The notes under the pieces: generated by a model
Seen by the model: only the letters and a program-made list of their open reading frames with translations
What the model was told of the DNA's origin: nothing
The model's database searches: none
DNA from: Paracoccaceae bacterium
Lineage (GTDB): Bacteria; Pseudomonadota; Alphaproteobacteria; Rhodobacterales; Rhodobacteraceae
Length of the DNA stretch: 64,000 bases
Assembly: GCA_046155885.1 (NCBI GenBank)
Contig: JBJXFU010000013.1
Span: forward strand, 1,070 to 65,069
Direction: 5' to 3'
Program-made: the position numbers and the translations under genes
Part shown: positions 35,073-43,848 of the stretch, piece after piece
Layout: each line of letters starts with the position of its first letter
Position numbering within the stretch: the first letter of the stretch is position 1

Positions 35073-36345
35073 CGCGCATCGCCGGGGCTTTCGCAACCGG
35101 CTTGCCCTTCACCCGACCCGACTGCCGGTCGATGAAGCCCAGCACCAGCGGGCGGATCTGGTTGCGCCAGGACTTGCCCGCGAAGATGCCGTAATGCCCC
35201 GCCTCGGGTTCCAGGTGGCTGGCCTTCTTTGTCACGGGCAGGCCGGTCAGCAGGTCGAGCGCGGCAAGGCATTGGCCGGGGGCGGAGATGTCGTCCTTCT
35301 CGCCTTCGACGGTCATCACCGCGACGCGGGTGATTTTGCCGATATCGACCCTGTGCCCTGCCACCACGAATTCGTTCCGCGCGATCTCACGCCGCTTGAA
35401 GATGCGTTCGACGGTCGACAGGTAAAACTCCGCCGTCATATCCATGACCGCGAGGTATTCGTCGTAGAAGCGGTTGTGGTCGTCGCGTTCCGACGCCTCG
35501 CCCTTGGCGGCGCGCACGATCTGGTCGGCGAAGGCTTTGGAATGGCGCTCGAGGTTCATCGAGATGAACGAGGACAACTGCGCGAGGCCCGGATAGACCA
35601 GCCGACCCGCGCCGGCGTATTTGAACCCGACCCGCTGGATCGCGAGGTGTTCGAGCTGGCCCATCGTGACGCGGCGTCCGAAGTCGGTCACGTCGGTCGC
35701 GGCGGCGTCGGGGTCGATCGGGCCGCCGATCAGGGTCAGGGTCCTGGGCTGCGCATCGGGGTCGATCTCGGCCAGGAAGGCCGTCGCGGCAAGCGTCAGC
35801 GGCGCCGGCTGGCAGACCGCGATCACGTTGAGGTCCGGGCCAAGGTGCCGCATGAACTCGACGAGATATAGCGTATAGTCCTCGATATCGAACTTGCCGT
35901 CGCTCACGGGAATGTCGCGGGCGTTCTTCCAGTCCGTCACGTAGACTTCGCAATCGGGCAGGAGGCTTGCGACGGTTGAGCGGAGAAGGGTGGCGTAGTG
36001 GCCGGACATCGGCGCGACAAGAAGCACGCGGCGTTCCTTCGGCACCCGGCCGAGGACGGTGAAGTGTACCAGATCGGCGAAGGGCTTGGCGATCAGCGTA
36101 TCCTCGCGGACGACATGATCGCGGCCGTCGGGGCCGACAATCGCCCGGATGCCCCAGTCGGGCTTGCTGACCATCCGCGCGAAGCTGCGTTCGGTGATGC
36201 GGCCCCAGGCCGACATCACCTTGAACATCGGATGAGGCACGAGACCCCAGACCGGATAGGACGCCATCGCCCGCGCCGATGCCCCCGCCCATTCGCTGGT
36301 ATTGCGGACGGTTTCCATCCAGTCGTAGGCCATCATGCGCTTCAT
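35065..36345 (-). CDS. phaZ: Intracellular polyhydroxyalkanoate depolymerase
   Basis: 426 aa from ATG 36345 (MKRMMAYDWMETVRN...). It is the PhaZ family typical of alphaproteobacteria and is divergent from phaC. The track ORF extends spuriously to 38847. Confidence 0.9.
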   Translation of the reverse strand: MKRMMAYDWMETVRNTSEWAGASARAMASYPVWGLVPHPMFKVMSAWGRITERSFARMVSKPDWGIRAIVGPDGRDHVVREDTLIAKPFADLVHFTVLGRVPKERRVLLVAPMSGHYATLLRSTVASLLPDCEVYVTDWKNARDIPVSDGKFDIEDYTLYLVEFMRHLGPDLNVIAVCQPAPLTLAATAFLAEIDPDAQPRTLTLIGGPIDPDAAATDVTDFGRRVTMGQLEHLAIQRVGFKYAGAGRLVYPGLAQLSSFISMNLERHSKAFADQIVRAAKGEASERDDHNRFYDEYLAVMDMTAEFYLSTVERIFKRREIARNEFVVAGHRVDIGKITRVAVMTVEGEKDDISAPGQCLAALDLLTGLPVTKKASHLEPEAGHYGIFAGKSWRNQIRPLVLGFIDRQSGRVKGKPVAKAPAMRVI

Positions 36346-36408
36346 GTCCGCTCCTTGCCTTCGCATGCCGCCGGAGCCTGGCCTCAGACCCGCATCCGGA
36401 CGGTTATG

Positions 36409-36419
36409 CTGCAGTGCAA
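36409..36419. promoter_or_regulatory. PhaR-box-like element CTGC-AGT-GCAA (10/11 match to CTGC-N3-GCAG) in phaZ/phaC intergenic region
   Basis: Read directly. The motif is recalled from Rhodobacter sphaeroides PhaR work. Confidence 0.3.
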
Positions 36420-36441
36420 AATCTAGGCAGGAAACATTCGT

Positions 36442-38235
36442 ATGACAACAAACGTTAACGACGCACCCACCGAAGCGGACAGACTGACCGCAAATCTCCA
36501 CAAGATCGAGACATTGTCGCAACGACTGATGCAGGCGCTGGCCCGGAAACGGGCACCGAACCCCGCGCTCGAGGCGCCGGGGCAGGAACTCTATGCCAAG
36601 GCGATGGCGGCCTATGTGGCCGAGGCGATGGCCAATCCGGCGAAGATCCTTGAACAGCAGATCGCCTGGTGGGGCAAGTCGCTCAAGCACTATGTCGAGG
36701 CGCAGCAGGCGCTTGCCTCGGGCAAGCTCGAGGTGCCGCCCGATCCCACCGGCAAGGACCGGCGCTTTGCCAACCCGCTCTGGGAAAGCCACCCCTTCTT
36801 CAACTTCGTGAAACAGCAGTACCTGATGAACGCCGCGGCGATGGAGGCCGCGGTGAAGGGAATGGGGCAGCTCGACCCGGCCGACCGCAGGCGGGTGGAG
36901 TTCTTCACCCGCCAGGCGCTGGACATGATGGCGCCGACCAACTTCCTTGCCACCAACCCGGACGCGCTGGAAAAGGCGGTCGCGACCGAGGGCGAAAGCC
37001 TGGTGCAGGGGCTGGAGAACCTTGTCCGCGACGTCGAGGCGAACGACGGCGATCTGCTGGTCACCCTCGCCGACCGCGAGGCCTTTCAGGTCGGCCGGAA
37101 CCTTGCCACGGCCGAGGGATTTGTCGTCTTCCGCAACCGGATGATGGAGCTGATCCAGTACGCGCCGACAACCGAAAAAGTCCGCGACATCCCGGTGGTG
37201 ATCTTCCCGCCCTGGATCAACAAGTTTTATGTGCTGGACCTGAAGCCGCAGAACAGCCTGATCCGCTGGATCGTCGATCAGGGCTTCACGCTGTTCGTGG
37301 TCAGCTGGAAGAACCCGGACGCGGGCTACCGCGAGGTGGGCCTGGATGATTACATCGAAGAGGGGTTCCTGCGCGCCATGGCCGAGGCGCGGGCGATCTG
37401 CGGGACGGCGAAGGTCAACCCGGTGGGCTACTGCATCGCCGGCACGACGCTGGCGCTGACGCTGGCTTCGATGAAAAAGCGCAAGGACCGTACGGTGGGA
37501 GCCGCTACCTTCCTGACCACGCTGACCGATTTCTCGGACCGGGGCGAGGTGGGGGTGTTCCTCGACAACGATTTCGTGGACGGGATCGAGGCGCAGGTGA
37601 CGCGCGACGGCTTTCTCGACAAGTACTTCATGAGCCGGACCTTTTCCTTCCTGCGGTCCAACGACCTGATCTATCAGCCGGCGATCCGGAGCTACATGCT
37701 GGGCGAGCCGCCGCCGGCCTTCGACCTGCTTTTCTGGAACGGCGACGGCACGAACCTTCCGGCGAAAATGGCGGTGGAATATCTTCGCGGGCTGTGCCAG
37801 CAGGACCGCTTCGCGACCTCGGGCTTCCCGGTCGCGGGGGCCGCGGTGAAGCTGTCGGATGTATCCGTCCCGGTCTGCGCGGTTGCCTGCGAGACCGACC
37901 ATATCGCGGCCTGGCGAAGTTCGTTCAACGGCGTCCGGCAGATGGGATCGGCCGACAGGACATTCATCCTGGCCGAATCCGGCCATATCGCCGGGATCGT
38001 CAACCCGCCGGCGCGCGGCAAGTACGGGTTCTTCACCGATGGCGGGGCGCTTGATTCGCCCGAGGACTGGAAGGCCCGCGCCACCCATACGCCGGGCAGC
38101 TGGTGGCCGCGCTGGGGCGAGTGGCTGGCATCGCGGTCGGGCAGGCTGGTGCCGGCACGGGTACCGGGCAGCGGCGGCCAACCGCTGCTTGCCCCCGCCC
38201 CGGGGATCTATGTGACTGAAGTTCCGGCCACTTAG
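36442..38235 (+). CDS. phaC: Class I poly(R)-hydroxyalkanoic acid synthase
   Basis: 597 aa with the lipase-box-like GYCIAGT and a conserved PhaC N-terminal domain. Confidence 0.95.
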   Translation: MTTNVNDAPTEADRLTANLHKIETLSQRLMQALARKRAPNPALEAPGQELYAKAMAAYVAEAMANPAKILEQQIAWWGKSLKHYVEAQQALASGKLEVPPDPTGKDRRFANPLWESHPFFNFVKQQYLMNAAAMEAAVKGMGQLDPADRRRVEFFTRQALDMMAPTNFLATNPDALEKAVATEGESLVQGLENLVRDVEANDGDLLVTLADREAFQVGRNLATAEGFVVFRNRMMELIQYAPTTEKVRDIPVVIFPPWINKFYVLDLKPQNSLIRWIVDQGFTLFVVSWKNPDAGYREVGLDDYIEEGFLRAMAEARAICGTAKVNPVGYCIAGTTLALTLASMKKRKDRTVGAATFLTTLTDFSDRGEVGVFLDNDFVDGIEAQVTRDGFLDKYFMSRTFSFLRSNDLIYQPAIRSYMLGEPPPAFDLLFWNGDGTNLPAKMAVEYLRGLCQQDRFATSGFPVAGAAVKLSDVSVPVCAVACETDHIAAWRSSFNGVRQMGSADRTFILAESGHIAGIVNPPARGKYGFFTDGGALDSPEDWKARATHTPGSWWPRWGEWLASRSGRLVPARVPGSGGQPLLAPAPGIYVTEVPAT

Positions 38236-38249
38236 TCGGCCACTTAGTC
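38226..38249 (+). repeat. Perfect tandem duplication of 12 bp (GGCCACTTAGTC x2) spanning the phaC stop codon
   Basis: Bases 38226-38237 are identical to 38238-38249. The phaC TAG is at 38233-38235 and is duplicated at 38245-38247. Confidence 0.9.
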
Positions 38250-38276
38250 GGGCGTCGACGCAACGGCGATTTTCTG

Positions 38277-38287
38277 CTGCAGCGCAG
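38277..38287. promoter_or_regulatory. PhaR box CTGC-AGC-GCAG upstream of phaP
   Basis: Exact match to CTGC-N3-GCAG. Confidence 0.5.
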
Positions 38288-38296
38288 CGGATACTC

Positions 38297-38325
38297 TTGA
38301 ATTGCTGCGGTGCAGCATGTATATC
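38297..38325 (+). promoter_or_regulatory. phaP promoter candidate TTGAAT-N17-TATATC with a second PhaR box (CTGC-GGT-GCAG, 38305-38315) inside the spacer
   Basis: Read directly. The spacing is exactly 17 nt, and it lies 61 nt upstream of ATG 38386. Confidence 0.5.
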
Positions 38326-38385
38326 GCGGACATCGGGCCGGGCAGGACGCCCAAGGCCGAACGAAACAGCCAGGAGCATGACGAG

Positions 38386-38829
38386 ATGAACACGAGCAAG
38401 GACTTCACCAAGACGATGCAGGACATGATGGCCGCCTTCCCGGTCGACAGCCGCGCCGTCCAGGACGCGTTCAAGACCCAGGCCGCCTTCGGCGAGAAGA
38501 TCGCCAAGGTCGCGCTTGAAGCCGCCGAGAAGTCGAACGAGATTTCCTCGAAATGGACCAAGGACGCGATCGCCAAGGTCGCCGTCCTGTCGAAAGTGAA
38601 GCAGGAACCGGCCGACTACACCAAGGCCTTCTCGGACTTCGCCTCGGCCGCTGCCGAAATGGCCGCCGAAAACCTCGCCGCCTTCGCCGAAGTGGCCAAG
38701 AAGGTCCAGATGGAAACCGTCGAACTGATGCTCGCGGCCGGCAAGGACATCTCGGAAGACGCGACCGCCGCCGTGAAGAAGGCGACCGCCGACGTCACGA
38801 CCGCCGCGAAGAAAGCCGCCGCGGCCTGA
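38386..38829 (+). CDS. phaP: Phasin (PHA granule-associated protein)
   Basis: 147 aa, Ala/Lys-rich and helical: MNTSKDFTKTMQDMMAAFPVDSRAVQDAFKTQAAFGEKIAKVALEAAEKS... It sits between phaC and phaR. Confidence 0.9.
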   Translation: MNTSKDFTKTMQDMMAAFPVDSRAVQDAFKTQAAFGEKIAKVALEAAEKSNEISSKWTKDAIAKVAVLSKVKQEPADYTKAFSDFASAAAEMAAENLAAFAEVAKKVQMETVELMLAAGKDISEDATAAVKKATADVTTAAKKAAAA

Positions 38830-38891
38830 TCGCCGGCCTTCGGGCACGAACTACGGTCAAGTCGTTACCTCCCTGTCGGCATGACCGCTCT

Positions 38892-38922
38892 GGCGGGCCC
38901 CTTGTGGCCCGCCTTTTCTTTT
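38892..38922 (+). terminator. Rho-independent terminator of phaP
   Basis: GGCGGGCC-CCTTGT-GGCCCGCC followed by TTTTCTTTT. Confidence 0.8.
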
Positions 38923-39024
38923 CGTGACCGGGGACGTGTCGTGAAACTGTTGTGTTCTTCCCGCGCCGCAGCATAAACTCGCTGCAGGGTGGCATGATCG
39001 CCGCAACCCCCGGGAGAGAGGACG

Positions 39025-39597
39025 ATGGCCGAGGTTCCGAAGCCGCTTCTCATCAAACGCTACGCAAGCCGCCGTCTCTACAACACCGAAACGAGCGACT
39101 ATGTGACGCTCGAAGACATCGCGGCCTTCATCCGGCAGGGGCGCGAGGTGCAGATCGTCGACCTCAAGACCGGCGACGACCTGACGCGGCAGTACCTTCT
39201 GCAGATCATCGCGGAACATGAAAGCCGGGGCGAGAGCGTGCTGCCGGTCGATGTGCTGACCGATCTTGTGCGCAGCTACACCACGCAGGCGCAGTCGGTG
39301 GTGCCGCAGTTCCTGGCCGCGAGCTTCGAGATGCTGCGCGACGGGCAGTCGAAGCTGTTCGGGAACCTTTCGCAGATTCCGAACCCGCTGGCGTCAATGC
39401 CGGGTTTCGAGGCGATGCGGCGGCAGCAGGAGGCATTCCTGCGCTCGATCATGGGCGGCTGGCCGGGGACCTCGGCGCCCGAGCGGGACGACGGTGCCGA
39501 AGCGTCCGGCGCGAAGGGCAAAGACAGCAAGGCCGACGAAATCGCGGCGATGAAGACGCAGCTTGCCGATATTCAGGCGAAGCTGAACAAGCTGTGA
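39025..39597 (+). CDS. phaR: Polyhydroxyalkanoate synthesis repressor PhaR
   Basis: 190 aa with LIKRYASRRLYNTETSDYVTLEDIAAFIRQG (PHB_acc_N motif). Confidence 0.95.
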   Translation: MAEVPKPLLIKRYASRRLYNTETSDYVTLEDIAAFIRQGREVQIVDLKTGDDLTRQYLLQIIAEHESRGESVLPVDVLTDLVRSYTTQAQSVVPQFLAASFEMLRDGQSKLFGNLSQIPNPLASMPGFEAMRRQQEAFLRSIMGGWPGTSAPERDDGAEASGAKGKDSKADEIAAMKTQLADIQAKLNKL

Positions 39598-39676
39598 CGC
39601 CCCGGCCCGCAGGCCGGAGCGCGTTCACCGCGGTCTTGCGGTTTCGGGTCGTTCCCGGAAACCCTGGGCCTGAGCG

Positions 39677-41047
39677 TCAGGCGACTTCCCTGAACACCTT
39701 TGTCAGCGCGGCGTCGAGCTTGGTGAAAAGCTCGTCCATCTGTGCGTCGGTCAGGATGAACGGCGGCGCGAGCACGATGGCCTGGCCGAGCGGGCGGCAG
39801 ATCAGCCCCTGATCGGTGCAGGCGTTGGCGATGCGTTCACTGACCGACAGGGTGCCGGGGAAGGGCGTCTTGGTCGCCTTGTCCTGCACCGCCTCGAGCG
39901 CCCACATCAGCCCGACGCCCCGGTATTCGCCGATGTTCCTGTGCTTGGCCATCAGCGCCTTCAGCCCGGCCTCCATCTTCGGAGCCAGCACGTTCACGCG
40001 GTCGGCCAGGCCCTCGTTCATCACGATGTCGATGGCCTTCAGCGCGATCGCGCAGCCGACCGGGTGGCCCGAGCCGGTGAAACCGTGCGGAAACTCCTCG
40101 ACCGCTTCGCTGGCCGCCTGCACGCGGTCGGCAAGGTCGGGCCCGAGGATGATCGCCCCCATCGGGAACAGCCCCGCCGACATCGCCTTGGAGGCGATGA
40201 TGGCGTCGGGGACGAAGCCGAAGGTTTCGCAGCCCCAGGTCTTGCCGGTGCGCCCGAAGCCGCAGATCACTTCGTCGGAGATGAGCGGGATGCCGTAGCG
40301 CTTCAGCACCGTCTGGATCGCCTGGAAGTAGCCCTTCGACGGCACGATCACCCCGCCCGCGCCCATCACCGGCTCGGCGAAGAAGCCCGCGATGGTGTCG
40401 GGGCCTTCCTTGATGATCGTGGCCTCAAGCTCGGCCGCGAGGCGCTGGGTGAACTGCTCTTCCGTCTCGCCCGGCTTGCCGAAACGCCAGAAATGCGGGC
40501 AGCCGAGATGAATGAAACCGGGCAAAGGCAGGCCGAAGACCGAGTTGTAGGGCTTGCCGGTCATGCTGGCCGAAACGGCCGTGACGCCGTGATAGGCGTT
40601 GATGCGGGTCAGGATCTTGCGGCGCTGCGGCTTGCCTTCGTGGTTGGCGAGGAACCACAGCATCTTCACCATCGTGTCGTTCGCTTCCGACCCGGAGTTG
40701 GTGTAGAACACCTTGCCGCGCGGGAAGGGCGAGACCTCGACCATCTTCTCGGACAAGAGCACCGTCTGGTCCGACTGCCGCCCGAAGAACGCGTGGTAGC
40801 CGTAGAACTTGTCGATCTGCGCCTTTGCGGCGTCGATCAGACCCTGGTGGCCGAACCCGGCGACAAGGTTCCAGAGCCCCGAGTTGCCGTCGAGATAGCG
40901 GTTCCCGTGCACGTCGATGATATAGGGGCCCTCGCCCCGCTCGATCACCACGGCGCCGCGGTCGTGGATGGTCGGCAGATCGGTGAAGCCGTAGAGCGTG
41001 AACTCGTCGGCGCGGGATTCCCAGGAATTCGGCGCGTGGTCGCGCAT
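39677..41047 (-). CDS. Class III (omega) aminotransferase, putrescine/beta-alanine--pyruvate transaminase-like
   Basis: 456 aa with GLWNLVAGFGH, YTNSGSEANDT, LISDEVICGFGRTG and the AKAM..G region. Confidence 0.9.
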   Translation of the reverse strand: MRDHAPNSWESRADEFTLYGFTDLPTIHDRGAVVIERGEGPYIIDVHGNRYLDGNSGLWNLVAGFGHQGLIDAAKAQIDKFYGYHAFFGRQSDQTVLLSEKMVEVSPFPRGKVFYTNSGSEANDTMVKMLWFLANHEGKPQRRKILTRINAYHGVTAVSASMTGKPYNSVFGLPLPGFIHLGCPHFWRFGKPGETEEQFTQRLAAELEATIIKEGPDTIAGFFAEPVMGAGGVIVPSKGYFQAIQTVLKRYGIPLISDEVICGFGRTGKTWGCETFGFVPDAIIASKAMSAGLFPMGAIILGPDLADRVQAASEAVEEFPHGFTGSGHPVGCAIALKAIDIVMNEGLADRVNVLAPKMEAGLKALMAKHRNIGEYRGVGLMWALEAVQDKATKTPFPGTLSVSERIANACTDQGLICRPLGQAIVLAPPFILTDAQMDELFTKLDAALTKVFREVA

Positions 41048-41219
41048 GGTCGTCGTCCTTGCTCGTGTGGGGTCGCGCGAACCTAGCGAAGGCGCCGGGG
41101 GGGCACAACACCCCGCGCTGCGCTTTGCCCGGGGGCGCCGCGCAGAGTGGACGAAACCGGCGGGCGCGGCCGGTCGAAGTGACGCGCGGCGCCGCCCTCG
41201 AAGCCCGGCCCAGACCCCG

Positions 41220-42425
41220 TCAGGACGCCCCGAACACCTCGTCCGCCGCCGCGAGGATCGCGTCGGCGATGAAGTCGAGGTCGGCCTTGGTCAGCCGCGC
41301 CGGCATCCGCATGTCGCAGGCGCGCATCAGCATGGCGCGGGTTTTCGGCAGGTCGGGAATGTCGCCCAGGAACTGCCAGTTCCAGAAGGCGCGCGCGTTG
41401 TCCTCCGAAAGGCCGAAGACGTTGACGCCGACGCCGCGTTCCTTGCAGGCCAACTGGAAGGTCAGCGCCGCTTCGTCCGACATCTCGCCCACGAGGTTGA
41501 ACTGGAGCGAGTCGGGCGCGCGAAGCTCTTGCGGCAGGGCGGGGGGCACGTTCAGATGGCGCGAGGTGTTCAGCCGGTCCGACACATAGTCGAGGTTCGC
41601 ACGCCCGGCACTGACCCGGCGGTCGATTTCGGGGATCTGGGGACGAATGACGGCGGCCGAGAGGTTCTGCATCCGGACGTTGTAAAGGGGCAGGCGGTTT
41701 TGCCAGTTCGCGAAGCCGGCGGTCAGGCCGGGGTGCTTTTTCCAGTTGTGCTCATAGGCGCCTGACATGATCACCGCGCGCGCCGCGATTTCCGGGTCGT
41801 CGGTGACCAGCATGCCGCCTTCGCCCGCGTTCACCAGCTTGTAGGACTGGAAACTGAAGCAGCCCGCCTTGCCGATGGTGCCGATCTTGCGGCCCGACCA
41901 GAGCGTGCCCAGCGAATGCGCCGCATCCTCGATCACCGGCACGCCGATGGCGTCGCAGGCCTGCATGATCAGGTCCATGTTCGAGGTGTGGCCGCGCATG
42001 TGGCTGATCATCACGGCGCCCGCGCCGGGCAGCTTGGCGCAGAAGTCGTCCATGTCGATGCGGAAGTCGCGGCCGACTTCGACAAGAACAGGCGTCAGGT
42101 CGGCGTGCAGGACGGCGGAGGGGACGGCGGCGAAGGTGAAGGCCGGGATCAGGACGCGGGCGTCGCGGGGCAGGACCAGCGCCTTCAGCGCCAGGAACAT
42201 CGCCGCCGAGCAGGAGGAAACGGCAAGCGCGTACTTCGACCCCATGAAGGCCGCGAATTCGGCCTCGAGCAGGGCCACCGGGGCACCCTCGGGCGCGGTG
42301 TAGCGGAAGAGGTCGCCGCTTTCCAGAAGCCGGTCGATGGCGGCGCGCGCAGCCTCAGGGATCGGCTCCGCGTCATAGACGTTCGGAGCCTTCGCGATGA
42401 ATCTCGCCGGTCCGTCATGTGCCAT
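41220..42425 (-). CDS. DegT/DnrJ/EryC1/StrS-family PLP-dependent aminotransferase
   Basis: 401 aa. VIEDAAHSLG and FSFQSYKLVNAGEGGML (PLP lysine context) are present. Confidence 0.85.
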   Translation of the reverse strand: MAHDGPARFIAKAPNVYDAEPIPEAARAAIDRLLESGDLFRYTAPEGAPVALLEAEFAAFMGSKYALAVSSCSAAMFLALKALVLPRDARVLIPAFTFAAVPSAVLHADLTPVLVEVGRDFRIDMDDFCAKLPGAGAVMISHMRGHTSNMDLIMQACDAIGVPVIEDAAHSLGTLWSGRKIGTIGKAGCFSFQSYKLVNAGEGGMLVTDDPEIAARAVIMSGAYEHNWKKHPGLTAGFANWQNRLPLYNVRMQNLSAAVIRPQIPEIDRRVSAGRANLDYVSDRLNTSRHLNVPPALPQELRAPDSLQFNLVGEMSDEAALTFQLACKERGVGVNVFGLSEDNARAFWNWQFLGDIPDLPKTRAMLMRACDMRMPARLTKADLDFIADAILAAADEVFGAS

Positions 42426-42543
42426 GGATCACCTGTCCTGCCCGTTCGTTGCGGAGCGTTCTAGTTGCGGTTTGTAACAGGTCTTACTCGCATTGTTTCC
42501 GGTTGGCAAAGGGCCTGGATCAGTCCGAACGGCCCCCGTCGGC

Positions 42544-43848
42544 CTAGAGGCCCAGCCGGTCGCGCAGCCCATACCATGTCATCGCAAGGACGAGAAGCGG
42601 CGAGCGGAGCGCCGTGCCGCCCGGGAAGCGGGGCATTGGAAGCCCGGCCATCAGGTCGAAGCGCGTGGCCTGACCGGCCACCGCCTCGGCCAGAACCCGG
42701 CCCGCCATGCCCGCCATAGCCACGCCATAGCCCGAATACCCCGAGACCGACAGGACGTTGGACCGCGGGCGGGCGAAGCAGGGCAGGCGGTTCATGGTGA
42801 TCGCCAGCGTTCCGCCCCAGGCATGGTCGATGCGCACGTCGGCCAGGTGCGGATAGACGCGCAGCATGGGCTTGCGCACGGTGGCCACGATGTCGGCGGG
42901 AAAGCGGTAGCCGTAGGTTTCCGCCCCCCCGAACAAGAGCCGGCCATCTTCGGACAGGCGCCAGTAGTTGTTCACGAACTTGGTGTCGGTGGCCGCGACG
43001 GGTTCGGAAAAAAGGTTCCTTGCGCGATCGCCCAGCGGTTCGGTGGCCAGAAGGTAGCTGTTGATCGGCATGACCCGGGCCGCGACATGCGGATCGAGGG
43101 CGCCAAGATAACCGTTGCAGGCAAGGATGACATGATCCGCGGTGACCTGGCCCGCGGCCGTCACCACCCGTGCCTTCGCCCCGTGCGCGATCCGGTCCAC
43201 GACCGAGCTTTCATGCAGGCGGGCGCCCGCGGCCGCGGCGGCCTGTGCCAGGCCGATGGCGTAGTTGAGCGGGTGTAGATGGCCCGCGCCCCGGTCGATA
43301 TCGCCGCCGACATAGGCTTCCGTGCCGATCAGGCTGCGCAGGCCCGCCCGGTCCAGGGGTTCGATCCGGTCATAGCCATAGTGCCGCGCCAGATGTTCGG
43401 CATTGGCATGGCAAACCCTCAATTCGGTCCCCGTGCGGCAGGCATGGGCGATACCGGGGTGAAACCGGACGGGCATCCCATGCCGTGCGATCAGGTCCTG
43501 CACCAGTGCCTTTGCCTCTTCGCCAAGATTCCAGAGCGCGTGCGCGATGGTCTGGCCGAAGGCCGATTCCAAGTCTTCCTGATGCTGCCGCTGACCGGTG
43601 CCGACCTGCCCGCCGTTCCGCCCCGATGCGCCGAAACCGACACGGTGGGCTTCCAGCAGCACCACGTCGAAGCCGCGTTCCGCAAGGTGCAGCGCTGCGG
43701 AAAGACCAGTGTAGCCGCCGCCTACCACGCAGACATCGGCCGTCACGCTTTCTTCCAGCGGCGGGAAGGGCGCGAGGGGCGTCGCCGTCGCCGCGTACCA
43801 GCTCGCGGGATATTCCCCCGCCCGGTCGTTGGCGAAGAGCAGGTTCAT
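42544..43848 (-). CDS. FAD-dependent oxidoreductase, gamma-glutamylputrescine oxidase (PuuB)-like
   Basis: 434 aa from ATG 43848 (MNLLFANDRAG) with the dinucleotide fold VCVVGGGYTGLSAAL. It abuts the upstream GS-like gene, whose stop codon (43845-43847) lies immediately next to ATG 43848. Confidence 0.85.
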   Translation of the reverse strand: MNLLFANDRAGEYPASWYAATATPLAPFPPLEESVTADVCVVGGGYTGLSAALHLAERGFDVVLLEAHRVGFGASGRNGGQVGTGQRQHQEDLESAFGQTIAHALWNLGEEAKALVQDLIARHGMPVRFHPGIAHACRTGTELRVCHANAEHLARHYGYDRIEPLDRAGLRSLIGTEAYVGGDIDRGAGHLHPLNYAIGLAQAAAAAGARLHESSVVDRIAHGAKARVVTAAGQVTADHVILACNGYLGALDPHVAARVMPINSYLLATEPLGDRARNLFSEPVAATDTKFVNNYWRLSEDGRLLFGGAETYGYRFPADIVATVRKPMLRVYPHLADVRIDHAWGGTLAITMNRLPCFARPRSNVLSVSGYSGYGVAMAGMAGRVLAEAVAGQATRFDLMAGLPMPRFPGGTALRSPLLVLAMTWYGLRDRLGL

